A stretch of 64,000 nucleotides of DNA from Planctomycetota bacterium (GCA_020638835.1 JACKHV010000009.1:17093-81092); one strand, 5' to 3'. Positions 10,398-20,830 are shown, counted from the first letter of the stretch. Program-made: numbers and translations. The notes: generated by a model from the letters alone, not told the origin.

Positions 10398-12772
10398 TGC
10401 ACCTCGCGCTCCTCCAGGACGCCGCCGAGACCGGCATGCGCACCAGCGTGCGCCTGCTCGACCTTCCCGCGCTGTGGGTCGTCGTGCTCGTGCTGCTCCC
10501 CCTGCTCGTCGGGGTCGCGTGGATCGGCTACGCGCGCGAGCGCATCGGCTTCTCGCCGCGCTTGATGCTCTCCGGGCTGCGCGCCCTCGCGCTGCTGTTG
10601 TTGCTCGTCGTGCTGTTCCGACCGGTGATCGTACAGCGCAACGACGAGGTCAAGCCCGCTGAGGTGCTGGTGCTCGTCGACGACTCCGCGTCGATGCGCC
10701 GCGAGGACTCGTACGCGTCGAACGCCGGCCTGCGCGCCGCGCTGAAGCGCTTCAGCGAAGTTCCCGTCGAGCGCACCGCGCGCATGGAACTCGCGCGCAA
10801 GGCCGTCGAGACGGAACTGATGCCGCTGCTCGCGCGCGGCGAGTACCGCGTCCACGGCTACCGCTTCTCGCGCGACCTGACGCCCGCCACCGAGCCGCTC
10901 GAGCTGACGGGGCGCGGTCACGCGACGCACGTCGGTGAAGCGATCGAACGCGCGCTCGCGCTGCACCGCGGCGAACACGTCACCGACATCGTGCTGGTCA
11001 CGGACGGCCGCTCCAACGGCGGCCCGCCGGCGCTCGACGCGGCGCGCGCCGCCGGGTCGACCGGCGTCCCCGTGCACACGCTCGTCGTCGGCGACACGAA
11101 CCCCGAGCGCAACCTGTGGATCGAGCTCGTCGAGGCGCCCACGGACGTACTCGAGGGCGACGAGATCGCGCTGACGGCCCGCGTCTTCGCGCGCGGTTTC
11201 GCCACGGAGGACGAAGCCGCCTCGCGCGTCCTGCTCGAAGAGCTGTCGCCCCGCGGCGACCGCCTGCTCTCCGAGGAACCGGTCGTCCCGGTCGCCGAAG
11301 GCAGCCGCGTCGTGCTCGTCGCGCCGCCCGGCAACGAGACCGGCGGCGGCGACCGTCGCTTCCGCCTGTCCGTCACGCCCGTGCCCGGCGAGAGCTTGCT
11401 CGACGACAACATGATCGAGTTCCGGGTGCACCTCACGCCGGAGAAAGTGCGCGTGCTCTACGTCGACGCCTACCCGCGCTGGGAGTACCGCTTCCTGAAG
11501 GAACTGCTGAAGCGCTCCGACCAGAACATCGAGGCCAGCATCTTCCTGCTCTCGGCGGAGTCGAGCTTCGTGCAGGAGAGCTCGCGCGGCGTCGAACCGC
11601 TGACCGAGGTCCCGACGGATCGCAAGCAGCTGCTCGAGAACTACGACGTGATCATCCTGGGCGACGTCAACCCCTACGCGATCTCGCCCGACCCGGCGCG
11701 TTGCGAGGAGTTCCTCACGTCGCTGCGCGAGTTCGTCGAGCGCGGCGGCGGCCTGTTCCTGCAAGCCGGCCAGTACGACAACCCGCGCTCGTACGTCGAC
11801 ACGGAGCTCGAGGAACTGCTGCCCGTGCTGCTCGACAAGACCGGCGCGCTCGCCTTCACCGGCGACACGACGGTGGAGAAGCATCCGCTGCTCGAGTCGC
11901 CGAACGCGCCGCACCAGATCGTGCGCCTGCACCCCGACGCGGAGATCAACCGCCGACTGTGGGAAGAGGACGGCGGCCTGACCGGCTTCTACTGGTACGC
12001 GCCGGTCCCGCGCGAGAAGCCGGGCGCGCAGGTCCTCCTGCGCCACCCCTTCGAGGAGTCGGCGTACGGTCGTCATCCGTTGCTCGTCGCGGGCTACTTC
12101 CCCGCGGGCCGCACGCTGTTCTTCGCGCTCGACTCGACGTGGCGCTGGCGCTACCGCTTCGGCGACTACTACCACGAACGCTTCTGGCGCGACGCGATCC
12201 GCTGGCTCGCGCTCGGTCGCCTGAAGAGCGGTGACCGCCGCTCGCGGCTCGACTCGCTGCGTTCCTCGTACAGCCTGGAGGAGCGCGTCGTGCTCGAAGC
12301 GCGCGTGCTCGACGAGGACTTCCGCCCGTCCGAACGGCCGGTGCAGAGCGCGCGCCTCGAAGACCCCGACGGTGAGCTCAGCGAGCTGTCGCTGGTACTC
12401 GTTCCCGACCGTTCCGGACTCTACCGCGCCGCGCTCGAGGTCGGTCGGCCCGGCGTGTACCGCGCGTGGCTCGAAGAAGACGGGCAACGCACGGCCAGCA
12501 CCGAGTTCGAGGTCACGCTGCCTTCGCGCGAGAACGCCGACCCGACGCCCGACCCCGAGCTGCTCGCGTCGATCTCCAGCCTGACGGGCGGCCGCGCGCT
12601 GCACCTCGCGGAGATCGCACAGCTCGACTCCGAGTTCCCCGGCGGCGAAGAACGCCGTGAACCGATCTCGTCGCAGCTCGACGACGTGTGGGACAACTGG
12701 TGGACGCTGCTGCTCGCCCTCGCGTTCCTGTCGGCCGAGTGGATCGGTCGCAAGAAGTGGGAGATGGTGTGA
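10397..12772 (+). CDS. Membrane vWA protein with GATase1-like (ThuA-like) domain
   Basis: ATG 10397 overlaps the upstream TGA. N-terminal TM helices; VLVLVDDSASMRRED MIDAS motif. Later VRVLYVDAYPRWEYRFLKELL...YDVIILGDVNPY...FVERGGGLFLQAG resembles the class-I amidotransferase-like fold common in Bat-type clusters. C-terminal TM helix. Confidence 0.7.
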   Translation: MHLALLQDAAETGMRTSVRLLDLPALWVVVLVLLPLLVGVAWIGYARERIGFSPRLMLSGLRALALLLLLVVLFRPVIVQRNDEVKPAEVLVLVDDSASMRREDSYASNAGLRAALKRFSEVPVERTARMELARKAVETELMPLLARGEYRVHGYRFSRDLTPATEPLELTGRGHATHVGEAIERALALHRGEHVTDIVLVTDGRSNGGPPALDAARAAGSTGVPVHTLVVGDTNPERNLWIELVEAPTDVLEGDEIALTARVFARGFATEDEAASRVLLEELSPRGDRLLSEEPVVPVAEGSRVVLVAPPGNETGGGDRRFRLSVTPVPGESLLDDNMIEFRVHLTPEKVRVLYVDAYPRWEYRFLKELLKRSDQNIEASIFLLSAESSFVQESSRGVEPLTEVPTDRKQLLENYDVIILGDVNPYAISPDPARCEEFLTSLREFVERGGGLFLQAGQYDNPRSYVDTELEELLPVLLDKTGALAFTGDTTVEKHPLLESPNAPHQIVRLHPDAEINRRLWEEDGGLTGFYWYAPVPREKPGAQVLLRHPFEESAYGRHPLLVAGYFPAGRTLFFALDSTWRWRYRFGDYYHERFWRDAIRWLALGRLKSGDRRSRLDSLRSSYSLEERVVLEARVLDEDFRPSERPVQSARLEDPDGELSELSLVLVPDRSGLYRAALEVGRPGVYRAWLEEDGQRTASTEFEVTLPSRENADPTPDPELLASISSLTGGRALHLAEIAQLDSEFPGGEERREPISSQLDDVWDNWWTLLLALAFLSAEWIGRKKWEMV

Positions 12773-15700
12773 GAGCGGCGCTCTGCACGCTCTTCCTGCT
12801 GCTCGGCGCAACGTCCTTCGCGCAGGACGAAGTGCATCCGTTCTCGATCCCGAACACGCGCGGCGCGAGCGACCTGTCCGTCCTCGCGCAAGAACACCTC
12901 ACCGCGCAGCGCTGGGACGAAGCGATCTCCGTGCTGCAGCGCATCATCGACCAACACGGCGGAGCGCTTCTCGGTCCGTCGCGCCCCACGGCGACGCTGG
13001 CGACGGGCACCGAACACAGCCTGCCCAGCCAGCAGGACGTCTACCCCGGCGCCACGGAGTGGGCGCGCCTGCAGCTCGCCGCGCTGCCTCCCGAAGCGCT
13101 CGAGCTGTACGAGAGCCGCTACGTCGGGCGTGCGACCAGCACGCTCGAACAGGCGCGCGAGGACTTCGACCAAGCCGCGCTCGCCGAGCTCGCCGAGCGT
13201 TGGCCGCAGACGGGCGCCGCGCCCCTCGCCTGGTGGAGCCTCGGCGACCTCGAGTTCGAAGCGGGACACATCGACGCCGCGCGCTTCGCTTGGGCGCGCG
13301 CCTTGCGCCGCGAACTGCAAGCGCCCGATCTGCACCTCGCGTCGTCGGAAGACTGGTTCGATGCGCTCGCACAGCGGAACGCAGCACTCGGCGAAGCGGC
13401 GCCCGGGGTCACGCGACGCGTCGAGATCGCCGCCGCGACCTACGACCCGCTGTCGCCGTGGGCCTTCGCCTCCGGCGGTCGCGACGCACGCACGAGCGAG
13501 CTGCGCATCTCCGGTCCCGGCGAAGGCGCGCCCCTGCTCCCCGGCGCGGACGCCTCGAGCTGGCCGCGTTCGTTCCCGATGCCGCCGCAGCCCTTCCAGT
13601 TCCAGGCCGACATGCTGTGGCATGCGGTCAGCGCGGACGACCTGGTGCTGTTCAGCACGTCGAGGAGGCTCGTCGCCGTGAACATGTGGTCGGGCCGCGA
13701 ACAGTGGTCCAGCACGGAAGCCGCGGGCTGGGAACGCATGGGCGAGCGGGACCGCAAGGAGTACGAGCTCGGACTCGACAAGCGCGACGCACTCTTCGCG
13801 CCGGCCGTGGCCGACGGCATCGTCGTCGCGCCGCTGCAGGTTCCCTACTCGGAGTACCGCAACGAGGACTACGACAACATCCCCATCCTGCGCATCATCC
13901 CTGAGCGACGCCTGTTCGCCTGGGACGTGCAGACCGGCGAGGAACTCTGGAACCACGACATCCCCGACTTCTGGGACGGTGAGTCGGGCAGCTTCGCGCA
14001 ACGCATGCGCGTCGCGGGTCCGCCGGTGATCGCGGCGTCGCGCGTGCTCGTGCCGGTCTACCGCCTCGAGGGACGCATCGGCTTCCACGTCGCGTGCTAC
14101 GACCTGACTTCGGGTCGCCTCCTCTGGTCGCAACAGGTCATCAGCGGCCAGCGCGAGCTGAACATGTTCTCGCGTCCCGGCTGGGCGTTCTCCGCGCCGC
14201 CCGTGCGCGTCGAGGGCGACCGCGTGATATGCCTCACGCAGCTCGGGACGCTCGCCAGCCTCGACCTGTTCACCGGCGCGCTGCAGTGGGAAACGCTCTA
14301 CGAGCAGCTCCCCCTCCCCCGCCGCCGTTCCTTCGACGCGGACCGCCGCCCGGCGACGTGGCGCAACACGCCTCCGGTCGTCGCGGACGGCGTCGTGCTC
14401 GCCACGCCGGTCGACAGCGACGACTTGATCGCCGTCGACGTCGAGACGGGTTCGATGCTGTGGAGCCTGCGCCAGAGCAAGATCTCACGCGACGCCGAGG
14501 GCTTCCCGCCGGACGTCGACCTGCTGCTCGGCGCGGACGACGAGACGGTGTACCTCGGCGGCCGACGCCTGATCGCGCTCGAGCGCGCCGGCGGCCTGCG
14601 CCTCGGCGTGCCGCGCCGGCGCTGGTCCTTCGGCGAGGCGAAGATCCGCGACGAGGACTCGCGCGCCTGGCCCGTGCTCGCCGCGGACCGCATCGTCGTC
14701 CCGACGACCACGGCGCGCCTCGAGATCGAGCGCAAGCAAGGGCGCCTGCTCTCCGACACGCCGTGGACCGCCGGTCAGGGCGGCAACCTGCTCGCCGTCG
14801 ACGGCGCGCTGTTCACGCTGAACAGCCGGCACCTGTCGGGCTACTTCGAGTGGGACGTGCTGCTCGAACGCGCGCGCCGCGACCACCGCGGGGCGCCGCA
14901 GGCGCGCGACACGGTCCGCAACCTGGCCGCCCTGCTCGCGGAACGCGGGCGCAACGACCAACGCGCCGGCTACACCGAGAGCGCGCGCAGCTGGCTCGCC
15001 GAGTCCGTAGACCTGCTGACGGAGTTCCGCGCGAACCAGACCGCCGAGGCGGACGCCGAGCTGCTCGCGGAGCTGCACAACGCGCTGCGTTCCTACGCCG
15101 AGGTGCAGAGCGACCTCGCGGACACGCGCGGCGCGCTGCGCTCGCTCGAAACCGCCCGCGTGATCTCGCCCGACCGCCGCGCGCTGCGCGACACGCTGCT
15201 CCAAGAGGTCTCCTTGCTGCGCAAGCGCGACGACGTCGCGTGGCTCGAAGCGCTCGGGCGCCTCGAACAGCAGTGCGGAGACTTCCAGCTGCGTTGCGCG
15301 GTCCAGACCTCCGGCGCGGAGGAGTTCCCCGTCCGACTCGTGCCCCTCGACCCGCGCGAACAGGCCTTCGAGCGCGACGAGCGCACGGTGCCGGTCGGGC
15401 TGTGGGCGTCGCTCGAGCGCGCGGACTACTTCGCCACGACCTTCGACGTGCAATCGGAGCTCGAGGAACTGCATCACCAGCTCTACATGTGGCCCGACGA
15501 GGAGACGCCTTGGGGCACGGTGCGCGAGATGGCCGAGGCGTTGATCGCCGAGCGGCTGTCGGTACACGGTCGCGGCGTGTACGCGCCCTACGACGAGGCC
15601 GCGCGCCAGCGCTACGACGAAGCGCTCGCCGCCGGCGACCGCGCCGCGCTCGAGGCCGTCCCGCTGCTCTACCCCTTCGCCGCCGCGTCCGAAGAAGCGA

Positions 15701-17322
15701 ACGACGCGCTGCTGAAGCTGGCGCTGGAAGAAGGCGACCCGACGGCGGTCGCGCGCACGGTGCTCAGCGAGCTGCCGGAGGAGTGGAACCCGGCACGCGC
15801 GACGGCACGCGAAGCGATCCTGGCGCTGCACCTCGGCGTCGCACTGGCGCGCGAAGGGAACGAGTCGTACCTGCGCGGACTGCTGGGACGCCTCGCGTCA
15901 TCCGTGCCGCGCGCCGTCTCGCCCTTCCCCGAACACGAGGGCCGCACGATCTCCGAGGTCTACGCGAGCCTCGGTCCGGAACCGCGCCCCACGCCCGCCC
16001 CCGAGCCGACCTTCGGCTCCGACCTCCGCGCGAAGGCGCGCGTGCAGGGCGACCACGAGTACCTCGGCGAGCTGCTCCCCTCGCCCGGCACGCCTCCGAC
16101 GAAGCGGCTCTTGTTCTCGCGCTACCACGACGGCCGCTCGTCCTTGCTCGCGCTCGACGCGCAGCAACCCGAGAAGCCGCTCTGGGAGAAGCTCGAAGAG
16201 CAGAGCCGCGGGAACCGAGTCAGCCTGGTGGCATTCGTCCCCGGCCGCGCCCTGATCGCAACGCGTGAGACGCTGCGCGCGTTCGACGCCGACAACGGCG
16301 ACGTGCAGTGGACCTGGCGGCCGAACGCCGGTGACATCCGCAGCGTGCGCGCGGCACGCGGCCTCGCGATCGTCGTCGCTTCGCTACCGGCCGGCGCGCG
16401 TCAGCTGTTCGCCGTCGACGTGACCACCGGCCGCACCGTCTGGAAGCGCGCGCTCGCGACCGGCCTCTACCACGCGGAGCCGCTCGTCGGAGAGGATGAA
16501 CTCGTCTTCCTCCCGAACGTCGCGCGACGCCGCGGGTTGGTCGTCGACCTCTACACCGGCGCGAAGCGGATGGACCTCCAGTTCCCGATCGTGCTGCAGA
16601 ACGACGCCTTCCGCGCGGCGTGGATCGAGGACGGTCTGCTGATCGTCCCGTGGTTCCACGAGTCGCGCGACCCGGACCGCAACCAGGTCGTCGCCGTCGA
16701 CCTCGACAGCGGGCGCCAGGCGTGGCGTGTCGCGCTCGAAGACGTCGCCGGCGGCGGACGCGAGCTGAACCGCGTGCTGCGCTGGGCTGGCCGCACCTTC
16801 CTCAGCCTGCTCGACACGCACGCCCCTCCGGAAGGCCGCGCGCCCGGCATCCTCGTCGAGCTGCACACGAACCTCGGCGCCACGGCCGAGCTCTCCGGCT
16901 ATCGCTTCGACGAACGCTTCTGGGAACTCGGCGGCAGCGACCCGCGCCTCGAGCTCGAGAGCCCCTACTGGTTCCAGCTCTCCCCCGCGCCGGGCGACCT
17001 GTTCTTACACGCCGTTCACCTGCCCTTCGGGCACGAACGGTGGGCCTCTCGCTTGCAGCTTTCCGACGAGGGGCTGTACAACGGAATGGTGCCCGTGCCG
17101 GTGCTCTCGAAGGACACCGTCGCGGCGATCGTCGTGGTCCGGAAAGACGGAAGGGGTGCCGACTGGCAGTCGATGCTCTATCTGTTCGGACGCGACGACG
17201 GCACGCCGCGCGGCAATCAGATCCTGGGACCGTTCGATCGCGCGGGTGGCGCGCTGGGGCTCTACGGGCTCGGCGATGCGCTGGTCGTGATCGGCGACGG
17301 CGGATTGAAGGTGATGCGATGA
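12769..17322 (+). CDS. Very large (1517 aa) exported PQQ-like beta-propeller / helical repeat protein
   Basis: GTG 12769 overlaps the upstream stop (GTGTGA). Signal peptide VRAALCTLFLLLGATSFAQD. There are many G-x-x-x-W propeller turns (TGEELWNHD, SGRLLWSQQ, TGALQWETL, TGSMLWSLR, NGDVQWTWR, TGRTVWKRA, SGRQAWRVA), separated by a long Ala/Leu/Glu-rich helical middle region. Confidence 0.7.
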   Translation: MRAALCTLFLLLGATSFAQDEVHPFSIPNTRGASDLSVLAQEHLTAQRWDEAISVLQRIIDQHGGALLGPSRPTATLATGTEHSLPSQQDVYPGATEWARLQLAALPPEALELYESRYVGRATSTLEQAREDFDQAALAELAERWPQTGAAPLAWWSLGDLEFEAGHIDAARFAWARALRRELQAPDLHLASSEDWFDALAQRNAALGEAAPGVTRRVEIAAATYDPLSPWAFASGGRDARTSELRISGPGEGAPLLPGADASSWPRSFPMPPQPFQFQADMLWHAVSADDLVLFSTSRRLVAVNMWSGREQWSSTEAAGWERMGERDRKEYELGLDKRDALFAPAVADGIVVAPLQVPYSEYRNEDYDNIPILRIIPERRLFAWDVQTGEELWNHDIPDFWDGESGSFAQRMRVAGPPVIAASRVLVPVYRLEGRIGFHVACYDLTSGRLLWSQQVISGQRELNMFSRPGWAFSAPPVRVEGDRVICLTQLGTLASLDLFTGALQWETLYEQLPLPRRRSFDADRRPATWRNTPPVVADGVVLATPVDSDDLIAVDVETGSMLWSLRQSKISRDAEGFPPDVDLLLGADDETVYLGGRRLIALERAGGLRLGVPRRRWSFGEAKIRDEDSRAWPVLAADRIVVPTTTARLEIERKQGRLLSDTPWTAGQGGNLLAVDGALFTLNSRHLSGYFEWDVLLERARRDHRGAPQARDTVRNLAALLAERGRNDQRAGYTESARSWLAESVDLLTEFRANQTAEADAELLAELHNALRSYAEVQSDLADTRGALRSLETARVISPDRRALRDTLLQEVSLLRKRDDVAWLEALGRLEQQCGDFQLRCAVQTSGAEEFPVRLVPLDPREQAFERDERTVPVGLWASLERADYFATTFDVQSELEELHHQLYMWPDEETPWGTVREMAEALIAERLSVHGRGVYAPYDEAARQRYDEALAAGDRAALEAVPLLYPFAAASEEANDALLKLALEEGDPTAVARTVLSELPEEWNPARATAREAILALHLGVALAREGNESYLRGLLGRLASSVPRAVSPFPEHEGRTISEVYASLGPEPRPTPAPEPTFGSDLRAKARVQGDHEYLGELLPSPGTPPTKRLLFSRYHDGRSSLLALDAQQPEKPLWEKLEEQSRGNRVSLVAFVPGRALIATRETLRAFDADNGDVQWTWRPNAGDIRSVRAARGLAIVVASLPAGARQLFAVDVTTGRTVWKRALATGLYHAEPLVGEDELVFLPNVARRRGLVVDLYTGAKRMDLQFPIVLQNDAFRAAWIEDGLLIVPWFHESRDPDRNQVVAVDLDSGRQAWRVALEDVAGGGRELNRVLRWAGRTFLSLLDTHAPPEGRAPGILVELHTNLGATAELSGYRFDERFWELGGSDPRLELESPYWFQLSPAPGDLFLHAVHLPFGHERWASRLQLSDEGLYNGMVPVPVLSKDTVAAIVVVRKDGRGADWQSMLYLFGRDDGTPRGNQILGPFDRAGGALGLYGLGDALVVIGDGGLKVMR

Positions 17323-18539
17323 AAACGACGCTGCTCTTGTTGGTTCTCGCCTTCGGCTCGGCCCACGCCGCGCCGAGGAGCCTGTCCCAGACCCCGTCGC
17401 CGGAGTCGACGCCGATCGTCACCCCGGAGGACGCCGGTCCCGTGGCTCCGCCGCCGCTCGCGGACGGCAGCCAGGCGCTCGCGCCGCTGATCGTCACGCC
17501 GGAACAGGCCGCCGCCGTCGCGAAGGGCCTCGCCTGGCTCGCTGCGAACCAGGGCGAGGACGGCAGTTGGACGTCCAAGATCGGCTACAAGCTGAACGAG
17601 GACTACAAGTACACCGCCGCGAACCGCGGACACGTCGGCGTCACGGCGCTCGCCGGCATGGCGTTCCTCGCCGGCGGACACCTGCCCGGGCGTGGCGAGT
17701 ACGGGACGAACGTCGAACGCTGCCTCGACTTCGTGCTCGGCTGCGTCGACGACGACGGCTACATCAGCCAGAGCGGCACGCGCATGTACAGCCACGCGTT
17801 CGCCACGCTGTTCCTCGCCGAGATCTACGGCATGACGCACCGCGAAGACGTGCGCGGCAAGCTGCAGAAGGCGATCGACTTCATCGTGAAGTCGCAGAAC
17901 GCGGAAGGCGGCTGGCGCTACGAGCCCTACGCGGTCGAGTCCGACATGTCGATCGTGGTTTGCCAGGTGCTGGCGCTGCGCGCGGCGCGCAACATCGGCA
18001 TCCGCGTCCCGAAGTCGACGGTGGACCGCGCCGCGCGCTACGTCGTCGACAGCGCCGTCACCGCGCAGAACGCGTCGCGCAGCGCATACCCGGGCCGCTA
18101 CAGCCGCGGATCCGAGATCGGGTCCTTCCACTATCAGGTCGGCGTGCACGCGCGCTCGTCCTTCCCGCTGACCGCAGCCGGCGTGACCGCGCTGCACGGA
18201 CTCGGCATCTACTCGGACGAAGCGATCCAGCGCGGCATCGACTACCTGAACCGCAGCCTCGACGAGTTCAACGCGCAGTACGGCAACGCGCCGCAGATCA
18301 CGCGCCGCGGCCACTACTTCTTCTGGTACGGCCACTACTACGGCGTGCAGGCGATGTACACGATCGGCAGCCCCTACTGGGAACCGTACTTCGAAGAGGT
18401 GCGCGACGTGCTGCTCGAGATCCAGAACAAGAACGGCTCGTTCCCCAACAGCGTGGGCCCCGGCGACGCTTTCGGGACGGCGATGGGCGTCCTGATCCTC
18501 GAGATTCCGTACCGCTTCCTCCCCATCTTCCAGCGTTGA
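17319..18539 (+). CDS. Exported prenyltransferase / squalene-cyclase-like alpha/alpha-toroid repeat protein (1 of 2)
   Basis: ATG 17319 overlaps the upstream TGA (ATGA). Signal peptide MKTTLLLLVLAFGSAHA. Repeats of the toroid type: GEDGSWTS, DDDGYISQ, AEGGWRYEP, NKNGSFPN. Confidence 0.7.
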   Translation: MKTTLLLLVLAFGSAHAAPRSLSQTPSPESTPIVTPEDAGPVAPPPLADGSQALAPLIVTPEQAAAVAKGLAWLAANQGEDGSWTSKIGYKLNEDYKYTAANRGHVGVTALAGMAFLAGGHLPGRGEYGTNVERCLDFVLGCVDDDGYISQSGTRMYSHAFATLFLAEIYGMTHREDVRGKLQKAIDFIVKSQNAEGGWRYEPYAVESDMSIVVCQVLALRAARNIGIRVPKSTVDRAARYVVDSAVTAQNASRSAYPGRYSRGSEIGSFHYQVGVHARSSFPLTAAGVTALHGLGIYSDEAIQRGIDYLNRSLDEFNAQYGNAPQITRRGHYFFWYGHYYGVQAMYTIGSPYWEPYFEEVRDVLLEIQNKNGSFPNSVGPGDAFGTAMGVLILEIPYRFLPIFQR

Positions 18540-18543
18540 GACC

Positions 18544-20829
18544 TTGAACGAACGCCCCACTCTGCCGGCCACGCCGGTCCTCGACGAACGCATCCAGCGC
18601 CTGCGCGCGCGGATCGCGGCGCAGGTCTGGTTGTACGGCCTGGGGTACACGCTGCTGGCGGTCGGCGGCTGGCTGCTCTTCATGTTCCTCGCCGACTGGA
18701 CGCTGCACGTCCCGGCCGGCGTGCGCGTGTTCCACGTGCTGCTGCTCGTCGCGCTGCCGGCGTACGTCGTGCGGCGCTTCCTGCTGCAACCGCTCGCGCG
18801 CATCCCCGACCGCGCGGGGCTCGCCGTGCTGCTCGAGCGCGCGCAGGACCGGCACGAAGAATTGCTGGTGTCCGCGGTTCAGCTGCGCGAGTCACCTCCG
18901 GCCGAGGCGGACCCCGTGCAGCTCGCCGCCGTGCTGGTACGCGCGGAAGAACGCGCGCGCGAAGCGGATCCGGCGCGCGTGCTCGACGCCAGCCGCCCGC
19001 GCAAGGCGCTCTTCGGCGGTCTCGCCCTCGCGCTCGTCACGACCACGGCGCTCTCGGCGCGTCCGGAAGTGACCGGCACCTTCTTCGCACGGATCCTCGG
19101 CGGCTCGACGCCGTGGCCGCAGCGCACGCACCTCTCCGTCGAGATCCCGGCCGCCGCGGGACGAGAAGTCGCCCGTCAGCAGGACCGCGTTCTTGTCCGC
19201 GTCGCGCGCGGCAGCGACGTCCCGGTGCTCGTGCGCGCGAAGGGCGTCGTGCCCGACGAAGTGATCCTGTCCTTCGACGGCGGGCAGGAACGCGCCCTTG
19301 CCCCGACGGGCCGCGGGCTCTTCCGAACGCTCTTGCCGTCGCTCCAGGAAGACCTCGCCTTCCGCGTACGCGGCGGCGACGACCAGGACGGCCAGCCGGA
19401 GATCGTGATCCACGTGCTGCAGGCGCCGGACGTGTCCGCGCTCGCCATCGCGGTCGAACCGCCCGCCTACACCGGGCTCGACACGCAGCTCTACTACGAC
19501 CAGGACGTCGAAGTGCTCGCGGGATCGCGCGTCTCCGTCAGCATGCTGCCGACACCCGCCGACGCGACCGGCGGGGTGCGTCTCTTCCCCTCCGACCGCG
19601 AGCTCCGGCTGGAACCCCGCGCCTTCCCCGCCCGCGCGCAGCGCGGCGAGTCCGAACTCGGCCTCGGGTTCGAACTGACGGCCGAGGAAGACCTGCGCTA
19701 CCGCTTCGAGCTGGTCGACACCGACGGCCTCGCGAATCCCGATCCCGGTCTGTTCGCGGTGCACGTCACGCCCGATCGCACTCCCACCGTCGAGTGGATC
19801 TCGCCCGGCCGCGGCGAGGTCGAGACCGTGCCCGGCGGTTCGCTCCCGGTCCGCATTCGAGCTCAGGACGACTTCGGCCTCGACTCGATCGCGCTGCTGA
19901 TCGGCGACCTCGCGGAGGGCGCCAAGTCGATCGCGCTCGAAGGACGCGCGATGGAAGCGGACAAGCGCGCGCGTGACGCACGCTTCGCGGCGCTGCGGCT
20001 CGAAGACGTCGACCTCTCCCCCAGCGGTGAAGAAGTCGTCGCAGGGCAGACCTTCCAGCTCACGGTGACGGCCACCGACAAGCGCGGAGGAGAAGTCGGC
20101 ACGGGCCGCTCCAGCCCGGTCCGCATCCGCGTCGTCTCCGCCGACGAGTATCTGCGACGCGTGCAGGACCGCCTCGCGCGGGTGCGCGCGCAGACCGAAG
20201 CCGCTGCCGAGATGCTGCGCGAGAAGCGCGAGCGCACGCTCGAGCTGATCGCGAGCATCGAGTCCGACCAACCCGGCGACGGCGCGGGCCCGAGCGACTA
20301 CAGCGCGGCGCTCGCGGGCAGCCGACGCGTGCAGGGCGACTCCGAAGCGCTGTCGCGCGAGCTGTCCTCCGTCGCGGAAGGGCTGCTCTACGCGCGGCTC
20401 GACGAACGCGCCGGCCCGCTGCTCGAGCTGCTCGACCGCGCTGAAGCGGAACGCACCGACCGTCGCTTCCACGCCGAGGTCTGGACGGAACTCGCGAGCC
20501 GCCAGCGCGCCGAACAAGTCGGCGGCAACGGACTCGCCGGGCGCCTCGTCGAGATCGTCGGGCTGTCGCTCGAGATCTCGAACCAGGAGCTCGCCACCGC
20601 GACCGAGGCGCTGCGTCGCGCGCAGGAGTCGCAGGACCTGGTCGCCACGCACGACGCCCTGCTCGACGCGGCCGACCGCCAAGCCGCGGCGCTGACGCTC
20701 TTCGACGCCTTGCTCGAGGACCTCGCCGAGTGGGACAGCTTCCAGTCTGTGCTCACGCTGACGCGCGACCTCCTGAACCGTCAGAAGATCCTGCTCAAGC
20801 GCACCGAACACTTCGCCAAGGAGAACTGA
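18544..20829 (+). CDS. Membrane protein with two N-terminal TM helices and a large exported domain (DUF4175-like?)
   Basis: TTG start 4 nt after the upstream stop. WLYGLGYTLLAVGGWLLFMFLADW and VFHVLLLVALPAYVV form a TM pair. The family name is a recollection of Bat-type cluster content, not an alignment. Confidence 0.55.
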   Translation: MNERPTLPATPVLDERIQRLRARIAAQVWLYGLGYTLLAVGGWLLFMFLADWTLHVPAGVRVFHVLLLVALPAYVVRRFLLQPLARIPDRAGLAVLLERAQDRHEELLVSAVQLRESPPAEADPVQLAAVLVRAEERAREADPARVLDASRPRKALFGGLALALVTTTALSARPEVTGTFFARILGGSTPWPQRTHLSVEIPAAAGREVARQQDRVLVRVARGSDVPVLVRAKGVVPDEVILSFDGGQERALAPTGRGLFRTLLPSLQEDLAFRVRGGDDQDGQPEIVIHVLQAPDVSALAIAVEPPAYTGLDTQLYYDQDVEVLAGSRVSVSMLPTPADATGGVRLFPSDRELRLEPRAFPARAQRGESELGLGFELTAEEDLRYRFELVDTDGLANPDPGLFAVHVTPDRTPTVEWISPGRGEVETVPGGSLPVRIRAQDDFGLDSIALLIGDLAEGAKSIALEGRAMEADKRARDARFAALRLEDVDLSPSGEEVVAGQTFQLTVTATDKRGGEVGTGRSSPVRIRVVSADEYLRRVQDRLARVRAQTEAAAEMLREKRERTLELIASIESDQPGDGAGPSDYSAALAGSRRVQGDSEALSRELSSVAEGLLYARLDERAGPLLELLDRAEAERTDRRFHAEVWTELASRQRAEQVGGNGLAGRLVEIVGLSLEISNQELATATEALRRAQESQDLVATHDALLDAADRQAAALTLFDALLEDLAEWDSFQSVLTLTRDLLNRQKILLKRTEHFAKEN

Positions 20830-20830
20830 G

